From Halarcobacter sp. (lineage in GTDB: Bacteria > Campylobacterota > Campylobacteria > Campylobacterales > Arcobacteraceae), in contig CBDEWB010000018.1 in NCBI GenBank assembly GCA_965243765.1, positions 559,314 to 623,313 on the forward strand: a stretch of 64,000 nt of DNA, written 5' to 3'. This document shows positions 20,516 to 34,842 of this stretch, piece by piece. A program made the translations under genes and the position numbers. Each line of letters opens with the position of its first letter. Position 1 is the first letter of the stretch. The notes beneath the pieces were generated by a model that was given only the letters and a program-made list of their open reading frames with translations, was not told where the DNA came from and searched no databases.

Positions 20516-22099
20516 ATGAAAAAACTTTTACTTTTTTTTATACTTTCACTTACACTAAATGCCCAAAATTTTACGGTAGCTTCTTATAATGTTGAAAACT
20601 TATTTGACTTAATAAAAAACAGAAGCGATTATCAAGAGTACAAACCAAACACAAAATCAAAATGGAATCAAAGAAATTTTAATATAAAAATAAACAATGT
20701 CCTTAAAGTTTTAAAAGATTTAGATGCAGATATCATCGCTTTGCAAGAGATTGAAAACAGACAAATGCTGCAGCTTTTATTAAAAAAATTACCAAAATAT
20801 AAATATAGTTCATTTTCAAAATATAGAAACTCTAGCGTTGGTATCGGTTTTTTAAGTAAAATAAAAATCAAATCAAGCAAAGATATTTCAGTAAAATTTA
20901 TAAACAAACTTTTTAGACCTATTTTAGAAACTACTTTTATCTTGAATAATATTGAGTTCAAAGTATTTAATAATCACTGGCCTTCAAAAAGAGTAGCTGA
21001 GAGTTATCGTGTAAAGTATGCTAAAAAACTATATGATAGATTAAAAAAACTACCTGCTGATTATGATTATATATTAGTAGGTGATTTTAATTCAAATTAT
21101 GATGAATTTAAAACTCTTTATAGAGATAAAAAATTAAATAATACCTTAGGAATTACAGGAATAAATCAAGTTTTAAATACAAGTATCAAAAAAAGATATG
21201 TAACTTATGATGATGTTTTAAAAAACAAAAAAAGAGTTCATTTTAATACTTGGTTAGATTTACCATATGAAAAAAGATTTTCAAATAAATATAGAGGAAA
21301 TCATAATACTCCTGATAATATTATTCTAGCCCCTGCTCTTTTTGACACAAAAAAAGTTTCATATATACCTAAAAGTTTTAAAGTGTTTAAACCAAACTAT
21401 TTATATAAAAACAAAAAAATACTTAGATGGAAGATGAAACAAAGAGTTCATCAAGGTGGTGGTTTTTCTGATCACTTGCCAATAGTTGCAAGTTTTTCTA
21501 CAAAAGCTGAAAAAAGAAATATATTAAAAAAAATAGAGATACAAGAGAAAGCACAAAAGAAAACTTTAAATAAAATTTCTATGCTTTACAATAAAATAAA
21601 ACTTGTAAATGAGTTATATCTAAAAAATGTAATTGTGATTTATAAAAACAAAAACAGTGCGATAATAAAACAAAAAAATAATCGAGCTATCTATCTATAC
21701 AACAATGCCCAAGATTTATCACTTGGTTTTTCATATGATTTAAGAGTTTCACAAATCAAAGATTATAATGGTTTAAAAGAGCTTGAAGAGTTCAATATTG
21801 AAAAATATAATGGAAAATATAAATACTATAAAGATTTATATCTTTATGCTCATAAAACTGATATCTTTGATAAAAAATATCAAAATGAAATAATAAAAAA
21901 CCTAAAAGGTACTTATAAAAAAGGAAAATTATATTTTAAATATAAAGGTATTTATAAAAAAATAAAGATCTTTGCAAAAAACAAAAAATATTTACCAAAA
22001 GAAAATAGTAAAATTACAATTATTCGAGGTCATTTAGGATATTATAGAAATAAAGTACAAATACTAATACATAAAAAAAGCGATATAAATGTTAATTAA
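20516..22099 (+). CDS. Secreted endonuclease/exonuclease/phosphatase family protein
   Basis: Signal peptide, SYNVENLFD, ALQEIEN, NNHWPS, GDFNSN, SDHLP; about 200-aa basic C-terminal extension. Confidence 0.85.
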   Translation: MKKLLLFFILSLTLNAQNFTVASYNVENLFDLIKNRSDYQEYKPNTKSKWNQRNFNIKINNVLKVLKDLDADIIALQEIENRQMLQLLLKKLPKYKYSSFSKYRNSSVGIGFLSKIKIKSSKDISVKFINKLFRPILETTFILNNIEFKVFNNHWPSKRVAESYRVKYAKKLYDRLKKLPADYDYILVGDFNSNYDEFKTLYRDKKLNNTLGITGINQVLNTSIKKRYVTYDDVLKNKKRVHFNTWLDLPYEKRFSNKYRGNHNTPDNIILAPALFDTKKVSYIPKSFKVFKPNYLYKNKKILRWKMKQRVHQGGGFSDHLPIVASFSTKAEKRNILKKIEIQEKAQKKTLNKISMLYNKIKLVNELYLKNVIVIYKNKNSAIIKQKNNRAIYLYNNAQDLSLGFSYDLRVSQIKDYNGLKELEEFNIEKYNGKYKYYKDLYLYAHKTDIFDKKYQNEIIKNLKGTYKKGKLYFKYKGIYKKIKIFAKNKKYLPKENSKITIIRGHLGYYRNKVQILIHKKSDINVN

Positions 22100-23390
22100 A
22101 TCAATATTCACAAATAGTAGCGGTATCTTATTTTCAAGAGTTTTAGGCTTTATTAGAGATTTATTAACAGCTTCAATTTTAGGAGCAAATATCTACTCTG
22201 ATATTTTCTTCGTAGCTTTTAAACTACCAAATTTATTCAGAAGAATTTTTGCAGAAGGTGCATTTACTCAAGTTTTTATTCCTGCTTATGCAAAAACAAA
22301 ACATAAAATCAGATTTTCAAGTGCTATTTTTTTACAATTTACTGCTTTTATCATGTTCTTAGCTTTTTTAGTAACTTTATTTTCAAAAATAGTCACACAC
22401 TTAATAGCTATTGGGTTTGATAAAAAAATAGTTGATTTAGCAGCTCCTTTAGTTGCTATAAATTTTTACTATCTTCCTTTGATATTTATTGTTACTTTTA
22501 TGGCTGCCTTACTTCAATATAAACATCACTTTGCAACAACTGCTTTTTCAACAGCTTTATTAAACTTAAGTTTAATTACTGCTTTACTAATATCAAAAGA
22601 TTTAGGTAAATATGAAATAACTTATTATCTAAGTTATGGGGTTTTAATAGGTGGTGTTTTACAAGTGATAGTTCATCTAATAGCAATGAAAAGGAAGAAT
22701 CTACTAAAAATATTTACTTTTAGAAAAATTAGTATTAAAGAAAATAAATTTTATAAAAACTTTGCCAGTGCTACAGTTGGTGGCTCAACTATGCATATCT
22801 CTGCATTTTTAGACACATGGCTAGCTTCATTTTTAGTAAGTGGTAGTATTTCGTATCTTTATTATGCAAATAGAGTTTTTCAACTTCCTTTAGCACTTTT
22901 TGCAATCGCAACCTCAACTGCACTTTTTCCAATGATTGCTCGTGCTATTAAAAATAAAGATGAAGATAAAGCTTTGCAGCTAATGAGAAAATCTGCAATA
23001 ATTTTGTTTGCACTATTAGGAATAGCTACTTTAATAGGTATTGTATTTAACGAATTCATTATACAGCTTCTTTTGCAAAGAGGTGAATTTACTCTAAATG
23101 ATAGTAATAACACCGCTTTGATTTTAACTATGTATTTAATAGGACTTATTCCTTTTGGAATAGCAAAGATATTTTCACTTTGGTTGTATGCTCATGAAAA
23201 ACAGTTCATAGCTGCTAAAATTTCTATCAAAGCTTTGGCTTGGAATATAGTTTTTTCATTAATATTTATACTTCCATATGAAGCTGCTGGATTAGCTTTT
23301 GCTTCAACACTTAGTGGTTTTATTCTATTTTACCTAACAATCAAAGAATTTGGTTTTCTTAAATTTAAAGAACTTTTAATAAAACAATAA
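22089..23390 (+). CDS. murJ: Lipid II flippase
   Basis: SRVLGFIRD, AFKLPNLFRRIFAEGAF, YANRVFQLPLALF. Confidence 0.93.
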   Translation: MLIKSIFTNSSGILFSRVLGFIRDLLTASILGANIYSDIFFVAFKLPNLFRRIFAEGAFTQVFIPAYAKTKHKIRFSSAIFLQFTAFIMFLAFLVTLFSKIVTHLIAIGFDKKIVDLAAPLVAINFYYLPLIFIVTFMAALLQYKHHFATTAFSTALLNLSLITALLISKDLGKYEITYYLSYGVLIGGVLQVIVHLIAMKRKNLLKIFTFRKISIKENKFYKNFASATVGGSTMHISAFLDTWLASFLVSGSISYLYYANRVFQLPLALFAIATSTALFPMIARAIKNKDEDKALQLMRKSAIILFALLGIATLIGIVFNEFIIQLLLQRGEFTLNDSNNTALILTMYLIGLIPFGIAKIFSLWLYAHEKQFIAAKISIKALAWNIVFSLIFILPYEAAGLAFASTLSGFILFYLTIKEFGFLKFKELLIKQ

Positions 23391-23495
23391 TGAAGGATAA
23401 TATATTCTCTTTCATTAATGCTTTAAATTGAAATTATCTATAAATTAATCATATCTTAGATAATATATTGTCTGTTAAATATAATTAGGATAAAA

Positions 23496-25205
23496 ATGAG
23501 AGAATTTTATAAACAATATTTACCATATTTTAAAAACTATAAATTAAAGTTTTTATTTGCATTGATTGGAATGATCTTAGTTGCAAGTGGAACAGCTGGA
23601 ACAGCTTATATAATCGAACCTCTTTTAGACCAAGTTTTTATTAATAAAGATAAAGAGATGTTATATCTTGTTCCTCTTTTCGTAATAGCTTTATACTGCG
23701 CAAAAGGTTTTGGTGGTTATATCCAAACTTACTATATCTCATTTATTGGACAAGATATAGTAAGAATCATACGTGATAAATTATTAAACCATATACTAAA
23801 ACTAGATATAGATTTTTTTCAAAAAAAACACTCAGGTGAATTAATTTCAAGAATAACAAATGATATAAATAGAATACAAAATGCTGTATCAAATCAAGTA
23901 GCAGGCATGATAAGAGAATCTTTAACAATAGTTGGTTTAGTATCAATTGCCATTTATCAAAGTATTGAACTAGCTTTTTATGGTTTAATTATTTTACCAA
24001 TTGCTATTATTCCTTTAAGTAAATTAGCTAAAAAAATGAAAAAATTATCTTTTAAATCGCAAGAAAGTATTTCAGATATTACAAGTCATTTAAGTGAAAC
24101 CTTTAATAATATAGAATTAATAAAAGCAAACTCAACAGAAAACCTTGAACTAAATGATTTTTCAAAACATAATAAAAATTTCTTTAGTATTAATATTAAA
24201 GGTGTGAAAATAAATGCTTTAGTTTCACCAATTATGGAAATAATAGGGTCACTTGGTTTTGCTGTGGTTATTGTTGTAGGTGGAGCGCAAGTAATTGATG
24301 GAGTGATAACAACAGGTTCTTTTTTGTCTTTTACAACAGCTTTATTTAGTTTATATACTCCTGTCAAAAGATTATCATCTTTGTACAATAAGATGCAAGA
24401 TGCACTAGCAGCAAATGAAAGAATTAATCAGTTATTTGATGAAAAATTTTTTATAATCTCAGGAGAAAATAACTTTCCAGAAGATATTTCTACTGTTGAA
24501 TTCAATGATGTACAATTAAAATATAACAATATTACTGCACTAAATAACATCACGTTAAAAGTATCAAAAGGTGAAAAATTTGCACTTGTTGGAGATAGTG
24601 GTGGCGGTAAATCTTCACTTATAAATTTAATTATTCGATTTTATGATACAAATAAAGGAACTATTTTAATAAATAATATAAATATAAAAAATATAAATAT
24701 AAAAGATTTAAGAGATAATATTTCAATAGTTACACAAAGAGTTTATATTTTTAATGATACCGTTGCACAAAACATAGCTTATGGACAAAAATTAGATGAA
24801 CAAAAAGTAATTCATGTTTTAAAACAAGCACATGCTTACGAGTTCGTACTAAAAATGCCAAAGGGAATTAATACTATATTAGATGAAGCAGGTACAAACC
24901 TAAGTGGAGGAGAGAGACAAAGAATAGCAATAGCAAGAGCTTTATACAAAAAACCTAAAATTCTTATCTTAGATGAAGCTACATCAGCCCTTGATAATGA
25001 AAGTGAATCAATAATTTCTACTGTTATAGATGAAGTTAGCAAAAATAGAATTACTTTTGTAATTGCACATAGATTAAGTACTATTAAGAATGCAGATAAA
25101 ATAGCTGTCTTTAAACAAGGACAAATAGTTTGTATTGATAATGAAAAAAATCTTTTACAAAATTGCGAAGAATACAAACGACTATATAATCTTGCAAATA
25201 TTTAA
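23496..25205 (+). CDS. msbA: Lipid A flippase-type ABC transporter
   Basis: Six-TM domain, GDSGGGKS, LSGGERQR, ILDEATSALD; between murJ and pyrD. Confidence 0.85.
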   Translation: MREFYKQYLPYFKNYKLKFLFALIGMILVASGTAGTAYIIEPLLDQVFINKDKEMLYLVPLFVIALYCAKGFGGYIQTYYISFIGQDIVRIIRDKLLNHILKLDIDFFQKKHSGELISRITNDINRIQNAVSNQVAGMIRESLTIVGLVSIAIYQSIELAFYGLIILPIAIIPLSKLAKKMKKLSFKSQESISDITSHLSETFNNIELIKANSTENLELNDFSKHNKNFFSINIKGVKINALVSPIMEIIGSLGFAVVIVVGGAQVIDGVITTGSFLSFTTALFSLYTPVKRLSSLYNKMQDALAANERINQLFDEKFFIISGENNFPEDISTVEFNDVQLKYNNITALNNITLKVSKGEKFALVGDSGGGKSSLINLIIRFYDTNKGTILINNINIKNINIKDLRDNISIVTQRVYIFNDTVAQNIAYGQKLDEQKVIHVLKQAHAYEFVLKMPKGINTILDEAGTNLSGGERQRIAIARALYKKPKILILDEATSALDNESESIISTVIDEVSKNRITFVIAHRLSTIKNADKIAVFKQGQIVCIDNEKNLLQNCEEYKRLYNLANI

Positions 25206-25239
25206 ATAAACCTTTTCTTAGTAGTTTTTAGATAGAATA

Positions 25240-26322
25240 TTGAAATTTTTAAAAAGGAAAAGTTTGTTGAACTATCAAACATTTAAAAAAGTACTATTTT
25301 TATTTCAACCTGAAACTGCTCATAATTTATCTGAGTGTGCTTTAAAGTTATTACCAAAATGTAGATTTATAAATAATTATTTGATAAATAAAAACTTTAT
25401 TGTAAATGCAAAACTTTCTCAAGAGCTGCATGGAATTAATTTTATAAACCCTGTTGGACTTGCCGCTGGTTTTGATAAAAATGCAGTAATGATAAAAGCT
25501 ATGCCTGCACTTGGATTTGGTTTTACAGAAATTGGAACAATGACTCCAAGACCACAAGATGGAAATGCCAAACCTAGAATGTTTAGATATCCTGAATATA
25601 AATCGATTCAAAATGCAATGGGTTTCAATAATCAAGGTTCAACAAAAGTTGTTACAAACTTAAAAAAAGTTTTTCCTTTTTCAATTCCAATTGGCGCAAA
25701 TATTGGGAAAAATAAAACAACGTCTAAAGAGTTTGCAATCAATGATTACAAAACTTTAATAAGAAAATTTAAAGATATTAGTGATTATTTAGTAATAAAT
25801 ATTTCAAGTCCAAATACTCCAAACTTAAGAGATTTACAAAATGAAAAGTTTATTAAAAAATTATTCACAATGGCAAAAAAATTAACAAACAAACCAATTT
25901 TTCTGAAAATTACTCCTGATATAGAAGTTAATATATTAATAGATTTATGTAATACTGCCATAAAAGCTGGTGCTGCTGGAATAATTGCTACAAATACTAC
26001 AATTGATTATTCATTAGTTCCAAATTGTCAAAATATTGGAGGATTAAGTGGTGCTTGTTTAACGTTAAAATCATATGATTTATTTAAAGAGTTAGCAAAA
26101 GAGTTATTTGGAAAAACAACTCTTATTTCTGTTGGTGGAATTTCTACAGGAGAAGAAGCATATAAAAGATTTAAAGCTGGAGCTTCTTTAGTACAAGTAT
26201 ATTCTGGAATGATTTTTGAAGGACCTTCAATGGTACGAAAAATAAATGAAGAAATTTTAGAGTTAATGCAAAAAGATGGTTATAATAATATATCTGAAGT
26301 TATTGGTTCAGATTTAAAGTAA
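25240..26322 (+). CDS. pyrD: Quinone-dependent dihydroorotate dehydrogenase (true start may be slightly downstream)
   Basis: GLAAGFDKNA, NAMGFNN, INISSPNTP, GGLSG. Confidence 0.95.
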   Translation: MKFLKRKSLLNYQTFKKVLFLFQPETAHNLSECALKLLPKCRFINNYLINKNFIVNAKLSQELHGINFINPVGLAAGFDKNAVMIKAMPALGFGFTEIGTMTPRPQDGNAKPRMFRYPEYKSIQNAMGFNNQGSTKVVTNLKKVFPFSIPIGANIGKNKTTSKEFAINDYKTLIRKFKDISDYLVINISSPNTPNLRDLQNEKFIKKLFTMAKKLTNKPIFLKITPDIEVNILIDLCNTAIKAGAAGIIATNTTIDYSLVPNCQNIGGLSGACLTLKSYDLFKELAKELFGKTTLISVGGISTGEEAYKRFKAGASLVQVYSGMIFEGPSMVRKINEEILELMQKDGYNNISEVIGSDLK

Positions 26323-26343
26323 TTAACAAAATAAAGGACATTT

Positions 26344-27663
26344 TTGAAACAAATATTATTATCTTTCTTGTTCTTTCTATTTTTTTTAGGAGATTTAATG
26401 AGTCAAAGTTTACCAAAATATTACACTGAAACCTTAGAGAATGGTTTAAAAATAGTTGTAATACCAATGGATAATGGGTCAAATGTAGTATCTACAAATA
26501 TTTTTTATAATGTTGGTAGTAGAAATGAAACAATGGGAAAATCAGGTATTGCTCATATGTTAGAGCATCTAAATTTTAAATCTACAAAAAATTTAAAAGC
26601 TGGGGAATTTGATGAAATTGTAAAAGGCTTTGGGGGAGTTAATAATGCTTCTACATCTTTTGATTACACAAAATATTATATAAAGTCTAGTTCAAAAAAT
26701 ATGGGTGAAGCTTTAAAACTTTTTTCTGAATTAATGCAAAACTTAACTTTAAAAGATGAAGAATTTCAACCAGAAAGAGATGTAGTTACAGAAGAGAGAC
26801 GTTGGAGAACTGATAATAACCCAATGGGATACTTACAATATAGACTATTTAACAATACTTATATTTACCATCCATATCACTGGACACCTATTGGTTTTAT
26901 AAGTGATATTAAAAACTGGAGTATTGAAGATATTAAAGATTTTCACGCAACATATTATCAACCAAAAAATGCAATTGTTGTAGTTGCGGGTGATATTACA
27001 AAAGAAGAAGCTTTTAATAAAACAAAAAAATATTTTGAAAAAATTCAAAACGTTAAAGAGCTTCCTTCCAAAGTTCATACAATTGAACCAATACAAGATG
27101 GTGAGAAAAACATTGTAATATACAAAGATACACAAGTTGAAATGCTTGCAATATCTTTTCATATTCCAAATTATGAACATGAAGATCAAGTTGCATTATC
27201 TGCACTTAGCGAGCTTTTGAGTTCTGGAAAAAGTTCATATTTACAAAAGGTATTAGTTGATAAAAAAAGAATGGTTAATTCAGTTTATGCTTATAATTTA
27301 GAATTAACAGACCCAGGTTTATTTATATTTGTTGCTGTTTGTAATGAAGGAATAAAAGCCAAAGATGTAAAAAAAGAGATTAATAAAATCATTCAAGATA
27401 TAAAAGATGGTAAAATTACAAAAGAAGAACTTAGTAAAATAAAAATAAATGCAAAAGCAGATTTTATTTTTTCATTAGAAAGCTCTGATTCTGTAGCTTC
27501 ACTATACGGAAATTATTTTATAAGAAACAATATTAAACCTCTTTTTGAATATGAAGAAAAAATTAAAAAATTAAAAAAGAAAGATATTGTAACTGTTGCA
27601 AAAAAATATCTTACATTAAAAAATTCGACAACACTAATATTAAAACAAGAAAAAAAGAGATAG
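26344..27663 (+). CDS. M16 family zinc peptidase
   Basis: [12 protein letters not shown] (HxxEH), NASTSFDYT; signal-like N-terminus. Confidence 0.92.
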   Translation: MKQILLSFLFFLFFLGDLMSQSLPKYYTETLENGLKIVVIPMDNGSNVVSTNIFYNVGSRNETMGKSGIAHMLEHLNFKSTKNLKAGEFDEIVKGFGGVNNASTSFDYTKYYIKSSSKNMGEALKLFSELMQNLTLKDEEFQPERDVVTEERRWRTDNNPMGYLQYRLFNNTYIYHPYHWTPIGFISDIKNWSIEDIKDFHATYYQPKNAIVVVAGDITKEEAFNKTKKYFEKIQNVKELPSKVHTIEPIQDGEKNIVIYKDTQVEMLAISFHIPNYEHEDQVALSALSELLSSGKSSYLQKVLVDKKRMVNSVYAYNLELTDPGLFIFVAVCNEGIKAKDVKKEINKIIQDIKDGKITKEELSKIKINAKADFIFSLESSDSVASLYGNYFIRNNIKPLFEYEEKIKKLKKKDIVTVAKKYLTLKNSTTLILKQEKKR

Positions 27664-27673
27664 GAGGAGATTT

Positions 27674-28561
27674 ATGAATATTATTACTGGTGCGATGACT
27701 GCACTTATTACTCCATTTAAAAATGGTAAAATAGATGCAAATACTTATGAGTATTTAATAAAAAGACAAATAGTACAAGGTATTGATGCTGTGGTACCTG
27801 TAGGAACTACAGGGGAAAGTGGTACTTTATCTCATTCTGAACATAAAGAGTGTATTGAAATTGCTGTTGCTGTTTGTAAAGGTACTAACGTAAAAGTAAT
27901 TGCAGGTGCTGGTTCAAATGCTACACATGAAGCTTGTGATATTGCTAAACATGCACAAAATGTAGGAGCCCATGGACTTTTATCTGTTGCACCTTATTAT
28001 AATAAACCATCTCAAGAAGGACTTTATCAACACTATAAAGCAATTGCACAAGCTGTTGAAATTCCATTTATGATTTATAATGTACCAGGAAGAACTGGTG
28101 TTGATATTGAAGCAAATACTGCGATTAGACTATTTGATGATATAAAAAATATATACGCAATCAAAGAAGCAACTGGCTCATTAGAGAGAGCAATTGAGAT
28201 ATCTTCTCAAAGACCTGATTTTTGTCTAATTTCAGGAGATGATATAATTGATTTTCCTATGCTAGCAAATGGTGCAAAAGGAATTATTTCAGTAACTGCA
28301 AATTTACTTCCAAATTCTAAAAGTAAATTAGTACATAGTGTAGAAAAAGGTGATTATGATATAGCAAGAGCTATAAATAATGATTTATATCAATTAAATA
28401 GATCTCTATTTGTTGAATCAAACCCTATTCCGATTAAAGCAGCAATGTATATAGCTGGTTTATTAGAAACATTAGAATATAGACTTCCATTAACAGCACC
28501 AAGTGCACAAACAATGAAATTATTAGAAAAAACTTTAAAAAATTATGAGGTAATAAAATAA
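27674..28561 (+). CDS. dapA: 4-hydroxy-tetrahydrodipicolinate synthase
   Basis: [32 protein letters not shown]. Confidence 0.96.
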   Translation: MNIITGAMTALITPFKNGKIDANTYEYLIKRQIVQGIDAVVPVGTTGESGTLSHSEHKECIEIAVAVCKGTNVKVIAGAGSNATHEACDIAKHAQNVGAHGLLSVAPYYNKPSQEGLYQHYKAIAQAVEIPFMIYNVPGRTGVDIEANTAIRLFDDIKNIYAIKEATGSLERAIEISSQRPDFCLISGDDIIDFPMLANGAKGIISVTANLLPNSKSKLVHSVEKGDYDIARAINNDLYQLNRSLFVESNPIPIKAAMYIAGLLETLEYRLPLTAPSAQTMKLLEKTLKNYEVIK

Positions 28562-29340
28562 TGAATGAAAAGATGAAGGATAAAACTTTAGTAATTTCTG
28601 GTGGCACTAAAGGAATTGGAAAAGCAAACGTATATAAATTTGCAAGTAATGGAGTAAATGTTGCATTTACTTACAATTCAAATCAAGATATTGCAGAAGA
28701 AATTTGTAATGATATAGAATCAAAATTTGCTGTAAAATGTAAATGTTATCCTTTTGATATCTTAAAACCAGAAACGTATAAAGAATTATTTTTAGAAATA
28801 GATAAAGATTTTGATAGAATTGACTTCTTTATTTCAAATGCAATGATTTACGGTCGTGCAGTAATTGGTGGATATGGAAGATTTATGAAACTTAAACCAA
28901 GAGGTTTAAATAATATTTATACAGCAACAGTAAATGCTTTTGTATGTGGAGCTCAACAAGCTGCAAAAAGAATGCAAAAAACTGGTGGTGGTTCGATAGT
29001 TTCTCTAAGTAGTACTGGAAATTTGGTATATATTCCTCACTACGCAGGTCATGGTACAAATAAAGCAGCAGTTGAAGCTATGGTTAGATATGCAGCAACT
29101 GAGCTAGGTGAGTTTAATATTAGAGTAAATGCAGTTTCAGGTGGTCCTATTGATACTGATGCATTAAAAGCGTTTACAAACTATGAAGAAGTTAAACAAA
29201 AAACAATTGATTTATCAGCATTAAAAAGAATTGGACAACCAAATGATTTAGCTAGTGCATGTTACTTTTTATGTACAGAAGAAGCATCATGGATTACTGC
29301 TCAAACTATGTTAATTGATGGTGGAACAACTTTTAGATAA
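28561..29340 (+). CDS. SDR oxidoreductase, enoyl-ACP reductase (FabL-like)
   Basis: SGGTKGIG, Y-X6-K (YAGHGTNK), NAVSGGPIDTDAL. Confidence 0.8.
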   Translation: MNEKMKDKTLVISGGTKGIGKANVYKFASNGVNVAFTYNSNQDIAEEICNDIESKFAVKCKCYPFDILKPETYKELFLEIDKDFDRIDFFISNAMIYGRAVIGGYGRFMKLKPRGLNNIYTATVNAFVCGAQQAAKRMQKTGGGSIVSLSSTGNLVYIPHYAGHGTNKAAVEAMVRYAATELGEFNIRVNAVSGGPIDTDALKAFTNYEEVKQKTIDLSALKRIGQPNDLASACYFLCTEEASWITAQTMLIDGGTTFR

Positions 29341-29882
29341 TGAATAAAAATCTAAACCTTCCAAATTCTTTAGCACTATTTCGTATTGCTTTAGCACCTT
29401 TATTATTATGGTTTTTAATTGATAGGGATTCTGCTTTTTTTTCTTCTTGGCATCCTAGTTGGCTTGATTATTTTGCAGGTTTAGTTTTTGTAATTGCATC
29501 CGTTACTGATTTTTTTGATGGTTATGTTGCTAGAAAATGGAATCAAATGACAAAAATAGGTGCAATTTTAGATCCACTTGCAGATAAAATGCTTATGCTT
29601 GCAGGGTTTCTTGGACTTATGGTAATTGATAGAGCTTCAATTTGGGCTATTTTTTTAATCCTTTCACGAGAATTTTTTATAACTGGACTTAGAGTTATGG
29701 CTATGAGTGAAGGAAAAGATGTATCATCATCAATGGCTGGAAAAACTAAAACAGTACTTCAAATGATTGCTATTGGTTTTTTAATTATGAATTGGCCCTT
29801 TGCTACTGCTCTTTTATGGTCTGCAGTTGCACTAACTGTATACTCAGGATATGAGTATACAAGAGATTATTTTACAAATTAA
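29340..29882 (+). CDS. pgsA: CDP-diacylglycerol--glycerol-3-phosphate 3-phosphatidyltransferase
   Basis: TDFFDGYVAR..GAILDPLADK. Confidence 0.93.
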   Translation: MNKNLNLPNSLALFRIALAPLLLWFLIDRDSAFFSSWHPSWLDYFAGLVFVIASVTDFFDGYVARKWNQMTKIGAILDPLADKMLMLAGFLGLMVIDRASIWAIFLILSREFFITGLRVMAMSEGKDVSSSMAGKTKTVLQMIAIGFLIMNWPFATALLWSAVALTVYSGYEYTRDYFTN

Positions 29883-29903
29883 TATAAATTTTCGGAGTTT
29901 TTT

Positions 29904-30956
29904 GTGGGTACTATAACTTTTTTACTTGTTTTATCATTTTTAGTATTTTTTCATGAGTTAGGACATTTTTTAACTGCTCGTTATTTTGGTGTAACTGTTC
30001 ACGTATTTTCAATTGGTTTTGGAAAACAAGTTTATTCAAAAATGTGGAGAGGTACAAGATGGCAACTTGCTCTTATTCCTCTTGGTGGATATGTAAAAAT
30101 GAAAGGTCAAGATGATAGTAAACCATCACTTCAAGAAGATGGTGATGATTCTTATAATAATAAACGACCTTGGCAAAGAATTATTATACTCTTAGCAGGT
30201 CCTTTAGCAAACTTTGTACTTGCTGCTATTTTATATTTTATAATAGCTTTAAATGGGGCAAACTCTTTCAGTCCTACAATTGGTAGTGTGCAAGTTGATT
30301 CACCTGCTTTTAAAGGTGATATAAAAAAAGGTGATATTATTGTAAAAATTAATAACACTGAAATAAAAACTTGGAATGAAATTGGAAATATCATTAGAAA
30401 TAGTGATGGAGCTTTAAAGTTTTTTCTTAATCGTGATGGTAACATTATTGTAAAAACTATAAACCCTCATATTTCAGATGCACAAAATATATTTAAAGAA
30501 GATATTAAAAAAAGAATGATTGGTATCTCTCCTGCTCCAAAGATTGTAACTATTTATCATGACCCAATAAGTGCTTTAGTGTTTGCTTATGATAAAACAA
30601 TTGAATCATCAAAAATGATTTTTCAAGGTGTTCAAAAACTTATTCAAGGAATTATTCCAAGTAGTGAAATTGGTGGAGTTATTACTATTGGTAAAGTTAT
30701 ATCTGATGCAAGTGAATCTTCTATAATAGCCCTACTTGCAATTACGGCTTTAATATCGGTAAACCTTGGTGTCTTAAATTTACTTCCAATTCCAGCACTT
30801 GATGGTGGACATATTATGTTTAATTTATATGAAATAATTGTCAGAAGAAAACCAAGTGACAAAGTATTTATGTTCATGACTATTTTAGGTTGGCTGATTC
30901 TAGGTTCTTTAATGTTACTTGGAATTTATAACGATATTACAAGATTATTTAAATAA
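29904..30956 (+). CDS. rseP: RIP metalloprotease with PDZ domain
   Basis: HELGH, AGPLAN, NLLPIPALDGGH. Confidence 0.94.
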   Translation: MGTITFLLVLSFLVFFHELGHFLTARYFGVTVHVFSIGFGKQVYSKMWRGTRWQLALIPLGGYVKMKGQDDSKPSLQEDGDDSYNNKRPWQRIIILLAGPLANFVLAAILYFIIALNGANSFSPTIGSVQVDSPAFKGDIKKGDIIVKINNTEIKTWNEIGNIIRNSDGALKFFLNRDGNIIVKTINPHISDAQNIFKEDIKKRMIGISPAPKIVTIYHDPISALVFAYDKTIESSKMIFQGVQKLIQGIIPSSEIGGVITIGKVISDASESSIIALLAITALISVNLGVLNLLPIPALDGGHIMFNLYEIIVRRKPSDKVFMFMTILGWLILGSLMLLGIYNDITRLFK

Positions 30957-30966
30957 AAGAGTTAAA

Positions 30967-31647
30967 ATGAAAAAAGAAATTGCAATAAAAAATTTAGACG
31001 CTATTATTACAAAAGTTGAAAGTGCAAGATTAAAAGTATCAGAACATCATATTGTAAAAATTATTGCTATTTCTAAATATTCAGAAGTTAAAGATATTGA
31101 AACATTCTATAATATTGGACAAAGAGCTTTTGGCGAAAATAAAATACAAGATTTAAAAGCTAAAAGTGAAGAACTTAAAGAATTACCACTTGAATGGCAT
31201 TTTGTGGGTAGACTACAAAAAAATAAAATTAATAACCTGATTGATTTAAAACCTACTTTAATGCACTCACTTGACTCACTTGCTTTAGCAATAGAACTAA
31301 ATAAAAAACTTGTAGCAAAAGATAAAAAAATGTCTTGTTTATTACAAGTTAATGCTGCGAATGAAGATAGCAAAGCAGGAGTAACCAAAGAAGAAGCAGT
31401 GAATATTTATAAAGAAATATTATCTTCATGTCCTAATATTAAATTAAAAGGGATTATGAGCATTGGAGCACATAATAGTGAACGAAAGATAGTTCAAGAT
31501 TCATTTAAAATAACTAAAAAAATATATGATGAAGTTCTTCCTTTAGGAGCTAAATATTGCTCAATGGGAATGAGCTCAGATTTTGAATTAGCAATTGCTT
31601 GTGGTTCAAATATGATTAGAGTGGGTTCAATTTTATTTAAAGCCTAA
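30967..31647 (+). CDS. yggS: PLP homeostasis protein
   Basis: IAISKY, FGENKIQD, WHFVGRLQKNK, SMGMSSD, IRVGS; start at ATG 30967. Confidence 0.92.
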   Translation: MKKEIAIKNLDAIITKVESARLKVSEHHIVKIIAISKYSEVKDIETFYNIGQRAFGENKIQDLKAKSEELKELPLEWHFVGRLQKNKINNLIDLKPTLMHSLDSLALAIELNKKLVAKDKKMSCLLQVNAANEDSKAGVTKEEAVNIYKEILSSCPNIKLKGIMSIGAHNSERKIVQDSFKITKKIYDEVLPLGAKYCSMGMSSDFELAIACGSNMIRVGSILFKA

Positions 31648-31663
31648 AAAATATTAAAATAAA

Positions 31664-31687
31664 GGAACATCTAAAAACTACTTCCAA
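31664..31687 (+). mobile_element. Isolated IS5-like end
   Basis: GGAACATCTAAAAACTACTTCCAA resembles GGCACCTCTAAAAACTACCCCCAA at 34993. Confidence 0.45.
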
Positions 31688-31696
31688 AATAGCTTC

Positions 31697-31925
31697 TAAA
31701 TACTCATGAAAAATTATTTTGTGTAATTTATCTAGTCTTCTTGATGATGAAAATTACTAGCTACAATCTATACATTTATATCTTTGTATACCTCTTCGTT
31801 TGCCATTCTTTTTAGTTAGTTTAGATTGACACTTTGGACAAGTTTTAGTACTTTTTTACAATTCATTGTAAATAATCCTTCTTTTACTTATATAGTATCT
31901 GGCTTTACTTGAGTTTTTAGCCTCC
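31697..31925 (-). mobile_element. IS1249-type 5' remnant, inverted relative to the 13820 copy
   Basis: About 85 bp nearly identical to the reverse complement of about 13890-13974; end GGAGGCTAAAAACTCAAGT; reads YKCIDCS**FSSSRRLDKLHKIIFHEY. Confidence 0.75.
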
Positions 31926-32016
31926 CATTTCTTTTATTAAGTCATTTTTTACTAAATTTTAATCACTTTTTTTGTATAATGGCGCGATATACTATATAGT
32001 AAATCTAGGAGACACG

Positions 32017-34838
<2,822 letters not shown>

Positions 34839-34842
34839 AAAA

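Noticed and set aside
23391-23495. No cysS between murJ and msbA, where I recall it in Campylobacter jejuni
   Set aside because: No remnant is visible and I cannot verify the ancestral order for this lineage
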